Positions 55,811 through 64,000 of a stretch of DNA of 64,000 bases are shown here, piece after piece (positions within the stretch are counted from its first letter, which is position 1; each line of letters opens with the position of its first letter). This DNA is from Parcubacteria group bacterium. Lineage in GTDB: Bacteria; Patescibacteriota; Patescibacteriia; UBA2169. Location of the stretch: assembly GCA_016181765.1 (NCBI GenBank), contig JACOYR010000001.1:221414-285413 (forward strand), in the 5' to 3' direction. A program made the position numbers and the translations under genes. The notes under the pieces are model-generated. The model was given only the letters and a program-made list of their open reading frames with translations, was not told where the DNA came from and did no database searches.

Positions 55811-56584
55811 TTATTCCTCTGATTCTGGCTCTAATGATTCTGATTCTAATCCCGATTCTGATTCAGCCTTCTTATCGGTTATCTTCTTGATTTGCCTTAA
55901 AATGGTATCCGTGCCCCCGCTTGCGGCGGCCTTGTCTTCGGGAGCGAGCACCTCGCCTTTGTATATCCATACGGTAACGCCGATGGCCCCATAGGTGGTG
56001 GCTGCCGTGGCCTGGGCGTAATCAATGTTTGCGCGCAGGGTGTGCAGCGGAACAGACCCCCAGCCGATGGTTTCGTTGCGCGCAATTTCCGCCCCGTTCA
56101 AACGGCCTTTCACGCGGATCTTGACGCCTTTTGCGCCCGCTTTCTTTACGTTCTCCAAGGACTGCTTGCACGCTCTGCGGTATGCGATGCGGCGCTCAAG
56201 GTCAGCGGCGATGTTTTGCGCGATGACCGCGGCCGAAAGAGAACTCTGGCGCACCTCGTGGATGTTGATTTTTACCTTGCCCGATCCAAGCACCAGGTGC
56301 TGTTCAAGCTCTTTTTTGAGCGTTTCCGCGCCCTCTCCCCCGCGGCCTATCACCATGCCCGGCTTGGCGGTAGAGATGTTGACAATGATCTCGGGACCCT
56401 TGCCGCTCCGCTCCACGCCGATCAGGTCAACGCGCGCATCCTTAAGCTTTTTGGACAAAAATTGCCGGATCTGGATGTCCTGTTTCAGGGTAGCCCTGAA
56501 CTTATTGCGCGGCGCAAACCACTTGGACTGCCAGTCCTCAATGATGCCCAGGCGATGATTTTTCGGATGAATCTTTTGTCCCAT
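55811..56584 (-). CDS. rpsC: 30S ribosomal protein S3
   Basis: MGQKIHP..RLG, PGMVIGRGG, GRLNGAEIAR, PLHTLRA. Confidence 0.96.
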   Translation of the reverse strand: MGQKIHPKNHRLGIIEDWQSKWFAPRNKFRATLKQDIQIRQFLSKKLKDARVDLIGVERSGKGPEIIVNISTAKPGMVIGRGGEGAETLKKELEQHLVLGSGKVKINIHEVRQSSLSAAVIAQNIAADLERRIAYRRACKQSLENVKKAGAKGVKIRVKGRLNGAEIARNETIGWGSVPLHTLRANIDYAQATAATTYGAIGVTVWIYKGEVLAPEDKAAASGGTDTILRQIKKITDKKAESESGLESESLEPESEE

Positions 56585-56592
56585 ATGAGTGC

Positions 56593-56940
56593 TTACTTCA
56601 ATTTTTTCTTCTCTCCCACCATAATGGTGATGTGGCTCGTGCGCTTCATAATCTGGCTCGCTCTGCCGAACGCGCGCGGCATCCACCGCTTCAAGGTAGG
56701 CCCCCCATCAACAAATGCCCGGGTGACCACTAAATCATCAACATTCATCTTATTGTTATTTTTGGCATTGGCGACTGCGCTGTTCAACACCTTGAGCACC
56801 GTACCGGCGCTGCGCTTCGGGAGTGACTTAAGCTGGTTTTGGGCTTCGGCAATGCTCAAATTTTTAAGCAAGCCAACCACGAGCCTTACCTTGCGGGGAG
56901 CAATTCGCTGGAACTTTGCTTGTGCTTTAACTTCTGCCAT
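56593..56940 (-). CDS. rplV: 50S ribosomal protein L22
   Basis: APRKVRLV, SAVANA, PRAFGRA, RTSHIT. Confidence 0.95.
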   Translation of the reverse strand: MAEVKAQAKFQRIAPRKVRLVVGLLKNLSIAEAQNQLKSLPKRSAGTVLKVLNSAVANAKNNNKMNVDDLVVTRAFVDGGPTLKRWMPRAFGRASQIMKRTSHITIMVGEKKKLK

Positions 56941-56955
56941 ACAAGTGCAATAGCC

Positions 56956-57273
56956 TTACGCTTTTGCTGCGGGAGCCGGGGCCGCCTTCTGTGCGGCAGC
57001 TTGTTCCTGCTCTTTCTGCATGCGGCCGCCGTGTTTGGTAAACTTGCGCGTGGGTGAAAACTCGCCCAGCTTATGGCCGACCATGTTCTCAACCACGACA
57101 ACCGGAACGTGCGCTCTGCCGTTGTGCACCCCAAAGGTGCGGCCCACCATGTCCGGGGTAATGGTCGCCCGCCGCGCCCAGGTGATAATAACCGCCTTTT
57201 TGTCGGCTGCTGCGAGTACTTTCTTTATGAGGCGTTCATCTATGTATGGCCCCTTTTTTGCGCTTCTTCCCAT
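56956..57273 (-). CDS. rpsS: 30S ribosomal protein S19
   Basis: [20 protein letters not shown]. Confidence 0.96.
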   Translation of the reverse strand: MGRSAKKGPYIDERLIKKVLAAADKKAVIITWARRATITPDMVGRTFGVHNGRAHVPVVVVENMVGHKLGEFSPTRKFTKHGGRMQKEQEQAAAQKAAPAPAAKA

Positions 57274-57285
57274 ATGCTGCTGTTA

Positions 57286-58122
57286 TTATTTCTTGCGTCT
57301 GCGTATGATAACCGCGTTGCTCGCCTTGTGCTTCTTGCGCGTTGGCACGCCGCGGGCCGGCTTGCCCCACGCGGTCTTGGCGCGCTTCATACCGATCGGC
57401 GAGCGGCCTTCTCCGCCGCCGTGCGGGTGGTCCACGACGTTCATGGCTTTTCCGCGCACCCGCGGCCGCACGCCGCGGTGGCGCATTCTGCCCGCTTTGC
57501 CGAGCCGCACCAGATTCCACTCGCTGTTGCCCACCTGGCCGATGGTCGCAAGGCAGTCGCCGCTGAATATGCGCACCTCTCCGCTCGGCATTTTAATCTG
57601 CACGCGGTTGCCTTCCGTGGAGAGCACGGTGGCGCTTGAGCCGGCCGAACGCGCTATGGTCGCGGCGCGCTCGGGAGAGAGCTCTATGTTGCAGATAGTA
57701 ATGCCTGCCGGAATATAGCGCAAGGCCATACGGTTGCCGGGTTTGATTTCAAGCTGTTTGCCGCGGCTCGCCGTGAGCTGGTCGCCGACGGCGAGCTTAT
57801 CCACGGCAAGCGTATACGCCCGGGATTTGTCTTCGTACTCAAGGAGGGCAATGGCCGCGCTCCGGTTGGGATCGTACTGGATGCCCACCACGGTTCCCGG
57901 ACGCTCGGTAACGGGGTTCACAAAATCAACCATGCGGTACTTGCGCTTGTGGCCCCCTCCTTTGTGGCGCACCGTGATGCGCCCGCTCGCATTGCGGCCG
58001 GCGTGGATGGCCCGCCTCGCAAGCAGGCTGCGTTCCGGCTTTTGTATGCCTTCCTGCGCGTGCTTCAAAACGCTTGAGTGGCGCCTGCTCGGAGTAGTTG
58101 GTTTGTAACGCTTAAGTGGCAT
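57286..58122 (-). CDS. rplB: 50S ribosomal protein L2
   Basis: GGGHKRKYR, YDPNRSA, RPRVRG.AMN..DHPHGGGEG. Confidence 0.96.
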   Translation of the reverse strand: MPLKRYKPTTPSRRHSSVLKHAQEGIQKPERSLLARRAIHAGRNASGRITVRHKGGGHKRKYRMVDFVNPVTERPGTVVGIQYDPNRSAAIALLEYEDKSRAYTLAVDKLAVGDQLTASRGKQLEIKPGNRMALRYIPAGITICNIELSPERAATIARSAGSSATVLSTEGNRVQIKMPSGEVRIFSGDCLATIGQVGNSEWNLVRLGKAGRMRHRGVRPRVRGKAMNVVDHPHGGGEGRSPIGMKRAKTAWGKPARGVPTRKKHKASNAVIIRRRKK

Positions 58123-58127
58123 AATAT

Positions 58128-58610
58128 TTACACTCCCTCGTAGACTGCTATGGTGCTTCCCTTTGGAACGCGGATGTATGCTTTTTTCCACGCTGATTTG
58201 GCGCCCGGGATCCTCCGAAAGTACGTGGCGCGCGCTCCTACGTTCGCAATCTGGATGCTTTCCGGGCGAACGCCGTACATCTTGGTAAACGCTTTCTTGA
58301 TCTCAATCTTATTGGCGCCTGGGTGCACTGAAAACGCATAGGTATCGTGCGAGCCTGCGGCGGCTGTTTTCTCGGAAACAAGAGGCTTTACTATGATGCC
58401 AAAACCCGCTTCAAAATTCGTCTTTTCATGGCCGGATTTTTCATGGCCTGGTTTGACCGCAGGTGCATGGGGCCGGGCTGTTTTCTTCGGAAGCTTGGGC
58501 TCCTCGCGGGCTGCCTGCACTTTCTGCTGGGCTTCCGCCTCTTTCTGCGCCGATTTGCGGGGCGCTTTGGTATCGCTTTCTGCGAATGGATTTTTCAAAA
58601 AATTCCACAT
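58128..58610 (-). CDS. rplW: 50S ribosomal protein L23 with N-terminal extension
   Basis: PLVSEK, ANKIEIK, WKKAY core after about 65 extra residues. Confidence 0.88.
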   Translation of the reverse strand: MWNFLKNPFAESDTKAPRKSAQKEAEAQQKVQAAREEPKLPKKTARPHAPAVKPGHEKSGHEKTNFEAGFGIIVKPLVSEKTAAAGSHDTYAFSVHPGANKIEIKKAFTKMYGVRPESIQIANVGARATYFRRIPGAKSAWKKAYIRVPKGSTIAVYEGV

Positions 58611-58615
58611 AGCGC

Positions 58616-59248
58616 CTATGAGAGCTGCTTGATAAGCTTTTCCACAGATCCCCTGCCCACCATGACAGTCCCGTACGAGAGCAGATCCAGAATGTTTATA
58701 TTCTCAAGCCTGATTGACTTGGCGCGCGGAAGGTTGCGCAGGGAGAGTATGGCCTTCTCAAACCCCGCGTCAGAAATGAAAAGCACTTTTTTGGATGCGA
58801 GCTTGAGTGTTTTGAAAAACGAAGACATTGTTTTTGTGGAAGGCGCTCCCAGCGCGTCAAAACCTTCAACCACAAAAAATTTATTCTCCCGCACGCGGTC
58901 TGAAAATACGGCGCACAGCGCTTTTTTGCGCATCTTTGAGGGAATGGCCCGCTTGGTAATGGACTCAATGCGCGGCCCGAACGTCACGCCCCCGCCTTTC
59001 CACAGCGGCGAACGGATGGAGCCGTGGCGCGCCCGGCCGGTTCCTTTCTGCGCCCAGGGCTTTTTGCCGCCGCCCCGCACTTCGCTCCGGTCCTTTGTCT
59101 GCGCGAGGGGTTTCCGCTTATTGATGGTCGCAACGCGCGCTGCCTGGTACAAAAGCGCCTTGTTCGCCTCCGTGCCGAATACGGCATCAGGAAGCTCCAT
59201 GGTTCCGGCGTGCGCTCCGCTTATATTGTACACGTTGACCGTTGCCAT
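58616..59248 (-). CDS. rplD: 50S ribosomal protein L4
   Basis: RSEVRGGGKKPWAQKGTGRARHGS. Confidence 0.96.
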   Translation of the reverse strand: MATVNVYNISGAHAGTMELPDAVFGTEANKALLYQAARVATINKRKPLAQTKDRSEVRGGGKKPWAQKGTGRARHGSIRSPLWKGGGVTFGPRIESITKRAIPSKMRKKALCAVFSDRVRENKFFVVEGFDALGAPSTKTMSSFFKTLKLASKKVLFISDAGFEKAILSLRNLPRAKSIRLENINILDLLSYGTVMVGRGSVEKLIKQLS

Positions 59249-59250
59249 AC

Positions 59251-59934
59251 TTACTGTTTGGGCTCCTCTGAAACTGGCGCTTCTTTTGGAACGCTCTTCT
59301 CGGCTCGCGCGGGAGGCTTCATCTCGCCCTGGGCCCGGATCTCAACCAAGCCGTTCCGCGAACCCGGGACCGCGCCGCGGATGGAGAGGATGCCGGATAC
59401 CAAGTCAATGCCCGCAATCTCAAGGTTGGTGACTGAAACGCGCGTACCCCCCATGCGGCCCGCCATGCGCTTGCCCGGAAACACGCGCTGCGCGTCTGTT
59501 GAGCCGATGGAGCCCGGGGCGCGCAAGTCGTGCTTGTGGCCGTGCGTTTTCGGGGAGCCTGCAAAATGGTGGCGCTTGACCACGCCCGCAAAGCCGCGGC
59601 CTTTAGAAATTCCCGCAACCGCCACTTTCTCTCCTACTGAAAAATTTGAAAGGTCATAGGACTGCCCAGCCTCAAACGCCTCGGCGCCGCCAGTGCGCAT
59701 CTCGCGCAGCACAGGCCGCTCAACACGGCCCGCAACGTGCCCGGCAACTGGCTTGCTCGTGTGCTTTGGGCCCTCATTAAACCCAAGCTGAACCGCGGAA
59801 TAGCCATCCCGCTTTTTATCCTTGACCTGGGTCACGACCGCGTTACCCACTTGAATCCTGGTAATCGGGACCACGTCTCCGTGCTCGTCGTACGCTTGAG
59901 TCATGTTGAGTTTTCTGCCGATGAAAAGCTTCAT
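59251..59934 (-). CDS. rplC: 50S ribosomal protein L3
   Basis: DGYSAVQ, SKGRGFAGVVKR, RAPGSIG, GAVPG. Confidence 0.96.
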   Translation of the reverse strand: MKLFIGRKLNMTQAYDEHGDVVPITRIQVGNAVVTQVKDKKRDGYSAVQLGFNEGPKHTSKPVAGHVAGRVERPVLREMRTGGAEAFEAGQSYDLSNFSVGEKVAVAGISKGRGFAGVVKRHHFAGSPKTHGHKHDLRAPGSIGSTDAQRVFPGKRMAGRMGGTRVSVTNLEIAGIDLVSGILSIRGAVPGSRNGLVEIRAQGEMKPPARAEKSVPKEAPVSEEPKQ

Positions 59935-60131
59935 AATCCCATGAAAAAAGTTTGGGCACACAAGCCCAAACTTCTCTATAAGACAAATACATCGCTGAAT
60001 CAACGTTGATTCTTGAGAGGATGCTTGTATGAGAGAAAAGTCTGAACTCCTGCGCAGATTGCGTTGTACCAACTGTCACCCTTCTGAATTCGCCGATGAG
60101 GCGAAGGGACATCATTGGTCGCACGCACCAT

Positions 60132-60509
60132 CTACATCTTGATTTCAATGTCTACCCCAGAGGGCAGGTTGAGATTCATGAGTGAATCAACGGTTTTGGG
60201 AGTCGGATCCAGGATGTCAACCAAGCGCTTGTGCACGCGCATCTCGTACTGGTCCCGGCTGTTCTTGTGCACGAATGTGGAAGCGTTCACCGTGTATTTG
60301 GTTTTTTCCGTCGGCAGAGGAATGGGGCCGGAAATCTCGGCGCCGCTCCGCTCCGCAGTATCAATAATCGTGCGCGTGGACTGGTCAATGATCTTTGAGT
60401 CGTACGCGCGGATTTTGATACGGATCCGCTGGCGCGCCGCGTTGTTCTGCTCTCCTGCGTTTTGTTTGCCCCCGGGTTTTTCGCCGGGGCTTGCCTTCTT
60501 TTCTGCCAT
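60132..60509 (-). CDS. rpsJ: 30S ribosomal protein S10
   Basis: [23 protein letters not shown]. Confidence 0.96.
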   Translation of the reverse strand: MAEKKASPGEKPGGKQNAGEQNNAARQRIRIKIRAYDSKIIDQSTRTIIDTAERSGAEISGPIPLPTEKTKYTVNASTFVHKNSRDQYEMRVHKRLVDILDPTPKTVDSLMNLNLPSGVDIEIKM

Positions 60510-60522
60510 TTGGGTTGAAAAC

Positions 60523-60558
60523 TCGCAGAGACGCCCCGGTTCCGGGGCGCCTCTGCGA
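60523..60558. other. Strong hairpin between tuf and rpsJ
   Basis: tcgcagagacgccccgg / ccggggcgcctctgcga. Confidence 0.6.
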
Positions 60559-60566
60559 TTCTGACA

Positions 60567-61757
<1,191 letters not shown>

Positions 61758-61822
61758 ATAGATTTATGATGCTTAAATTGTAACCTAAAAAGTATAGCAA
61801 AAAACAAAAATAATGCAAGGGG

Positions 61823-62212
61823 CTAGCCTACTTTCTCAAAATAAAAGGGCTCTTCCTGCTCGTCAAGATCATCATCAAAATCATCATATTCGCCAAAATT
61901 TTGGCTAGTATCAGCCAAATTATCAGTATACGGGTCAAAATCGGGTTCATCTTGGACGTGCTCGGCATTGAGCTGGGCGCTGGTGTGCCGACTCTCATCC
62001 TGCTGGCTTTTCCACACCGCTATATCCCGGTTGATTTTGTCAAGCAGTTCATCCTCTGAGAGCTCGGAAACATCGGCCTGGCGCACGGCCATGCGCTCGT
62101 ATTCGGCCAAGGACATCACCACGTACGCTTCATCCTTACTTTGCGACAGCACAATGCACCGGTCTCCGGTTTTGTTGATGAGGCTGAATACTCTGTTGAG
62201 TGCGTCATGCAT
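61823..62212 (-). CDS. Hypothetical protein with Phd-like N-terminus and acidic tail
   Basis: KTGDRCIV..AYVVMSLAEYE, ELLDKINRDIAVWK, FYFE end. Confidence 0.65.
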   Translation of the reverse strand: MHDALNRVFSLINKTGDRCIVLSQSKDEAYVVMSLAEYERMAVRQADVSELSEDELLDKINRDIAVWKSQQDESRHTSAQLNAEHVQDEPDFDPYTDNLADTSQNFGEYDDFDDDLDEQEEPFYFEKVG

Positions 62213-62226
62213 ATGTGTAATGTTAA

Positions 62227-63714
62227 TTACATTTGGGTGACGTGAAAGAGTTCAAAGTACTTACCTAATCGCGGCGCGCGGGCGCCGTATCCCACCAGTG
62301 AGAGCTCCGGCACCACTTCCGCGCGCAAACGCGCGAGTGATTTTGCGGCAACGTCAAAGCGCAGGCGCGCGAGTTGAGATTTTTGCGCGGTGATTGCTTT
62401 GAGTTTTTTCTTCATGAGCGACTCATCGTACGCGAACACGGTGTTGAACTCCCCCTCCGAGAAGAGCGACCACAAGCCCTCGTAGTTGTACACCAAAATG
62501 TCGCGCTTCTTCTGCGCCTGGTGCTTTGCGAGCGCGAGAAGCGCAATGCTGCGGCTCTTTGCGTGCGTGGGGTGCCGGTCAAGCTCGTGCGGCACAAAGA
62601 GCAGGTCCGGCTTGGTGCGGTTGAATATGGCTGCGAGCTTTTCCGTGTCGCGGACAAGCGCTTCGCGTTCGTTTTTTGCGTCATAAAACTCCGCGCGCAG
62701 GAAAACAGGAATCGCACCCAGGATTTTGGATTCTTCGCGCGCTTCCTTTTCCCGGATTTTTATGACTTCCTCGGGCTTGGCCCCGTCCACCACGCTGCGG
62801 TAGCCTGTGGTTGCGATCACGATGTGCACGCGGTTGCGCTTTGCGAGCGCGGCAATGAGGCCGCCCATGGAAATGGACGCATCATCCGGGTGCGGGGAAA
62901 CAACGGTGATATACTTGCCACTCGGGATATCCTGCTCCGTGAGCACCTCAACGTCCCCTTCTCCAAAGAGCAGGGGTGATGCGTAGTCGCGTTCCAGTTT
63001 GGAAGCGGCTGCCTCATCAATAATGAGCGTAACATCCGGATGCCACTGCAAGAGCGATGCAGGCACGTCCTTGCTGACGCGGCCCTCAACCGTTGCTTTG
63101 ACTGCGTCCGCTTTTGCCGAACCTGATGCGATGAGCGCTATTTTTTTGGCGTCCATGATGGTGCCCAGGCCCATGGTGATTGCCTGCTCCGGCACCCTGC
63201 CCTCCTTAAAGTGCTTTGCGTTCTTTTTGCGCGTATGCTCTGACAGCTGCGCAACGTGGGTCCGCGCCGCAAACGGGGTGCCTGGCTCATTGAATCCGAT
63301 GTGCCCGTTCGGCGCGATCCCAAGAACCTGCAGATCAATCCTGCCCGCGTCTTTGATGGCTGACTCGTACTGCTCGCATTCGGCGTTGAGATCCCGCGCG
63401 CGGCCGTTGGGCAGGTATATGTTTTTCTTTTTGATGTTTACATGGTTGAACAAATGGCGGTCCATGAAGTGGTGGAACGAATCAGCGTCCTTTTCCGAAA
63501 GCCCCGCGTACTCGTCCAAATTGAACGTGCTGGCGCGCGAAAAATCCGCCCTGCCTTTTTTGCGGGCCAAAACAAGGCGCTCGTACATGCCTATGGGCGT
63601 CTCGCCGGTCGGAAGCCCGAGTACCAAATCCGGCTTGCGCCACAGGTGCGCCAGAACGAACCGGCTGGCGCTATCGCTCATCTCATCGTAGTTTTTGGTG
63701 ATGATGACTTTCAT
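62227..63714 (-). CDS. nagB: Glucosamine-6-phosphate deaminase fused to a PIG-L/LmbE deacetylase domain
   Basis: VLGLPTGETP, FNLDEY, GHIGFNEPG, PASLLQ.H; then SPHPDD and DRHPTH. Confidence 0.88.
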   Translation of the reverse strand: MKVIITKNYDEMSDSASRFVLAHLWRKPDLVLGLPTGETPIGMYERLVLARKKGRADFSRASTFNLDEYAGLSEKDADSFHHFMDRHLFNHVNIKKKNIYLPNGRARDLNAECEQYESAIKDAGRIDLQVLGIAPNGHIGFNEPGTPFAARTHVAQLSEHTRKKNAKHFKEGRVPEQAITMGLGTIMDAKKIALIASGSAKADAVKATVEGRVSKDVPASLLQWHPDVTLIIDEAAASKLERDYASPLLFGEGDVEVLTEQDIPSGKYITVVSPHPDDASISMGGLIAALAKRNRVHIVIATTGYRSVVDGAKPEEVIKIREKEAREESKILGAIPVFLRAEFYDAKNEREALVRDTEKLAAIFNRTKPDLLFVPHELDRHPTHAKSRSIALLALAKHQAQKKRDILVYNYEGLWSLFSEGEFNTVFAYDESLMKKKLKAITAQKSQLARLRFDVAAKSLARLRAEVVPELSLVGYGARAPRLGKYFELFHVTQM

Positions 63715-64000
63715 GCCTTGAATTGTACCTATTTTTAGGCAAAAAGAAAAGGAGCCGAATCGCACTTGCGACCCGGCCCCCGCGGTTCCGGAATGCCCTG
63801 TGAACAAAAGGCACCAACTGAAACCGCAACACACCGCGAGTGGTCGACCTCCTTGGGTTGCGAAAACAAACAGCAAACCAGTAAAGAACGACCGCTCCCG
63901 CGAGGACATACAGCGCCGCCCAGCGGGGCTGCAGAGCCGCGGCCGCGAGCAGCACTGCCTCAACGAGCAGGAAAAACAACAAGAAGAGCATTGTGGACTC
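63683..64000 (-). CDS. 3' end of a membrane protein entering from the window edge
   Basis: Hydrophobic stretch; frame open to the edge. Confidence 0.45.
   Translation of the reverse strand, partial: ESTMLFLLFFLLVEAVLLAAAALQPRWAALYVLAGAVVLYWFAVCFRNPRRSTTRGVLRFQLVPFVHRAFRNRGGRVASAIRLLFFLPKNRYNSRHESHHHQKLR

Overview
A 64-kb chromosomal segment with the hallmarks of a Patescibacteria (CPR, probably Parcubacteria-like) genome: genetic code 11, no rpmD (L30) between rpsE and rplO, a CPR-type VirB2-like pilin and CPR-style hypothetical proteins. The right third is tuf plus the S10-spc ribosomal protein cluster through secY-adk-map, preceded by dnaB-ybaB-recR and rplU. The rest mixes housekeeping genes (pgi, hup, cysS, typA, DEAD helicase, nth, tpiA, scpAB, aspS, P-type ATPase, five tRNAs, rpmG) with accessory genes: two toxin-antitoxin pairs, a glycosyltransferase/EamA/glycoside hydrolase cluster, a PduO adenosyltransferase, an 837-aa lipoprotein, a PKD-pilin, a stand-alone LigD phosphoesterase, two tandem beta-type carbonic anhydrase-like genes (one CsoSCA-like), NDH-2, purB-purC and a NagB-deacetylase fusion. 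Most notable: (1) two expression architectures, with many apparently leaderless genes versus a set of accessory genes whose leaders carry an inverted repeat, a boxA-like motif and a strong Shine-Dalgarno; (2) a ~100-nt rod-shaped RNA candidate upstream of dnaB; (3) three NrdR-like boxes at an exact 33-bp period next to PduO; (4) a MITE-like element and two families of palindromic repeats; (5) short deletions in secY and the EamA gene that are probably assembly artefacts. No CRISPR array, rRNA, integrase, transposase or reverse transcriptase was seen. All calls come from reading the sequence by eye; no searches were run.
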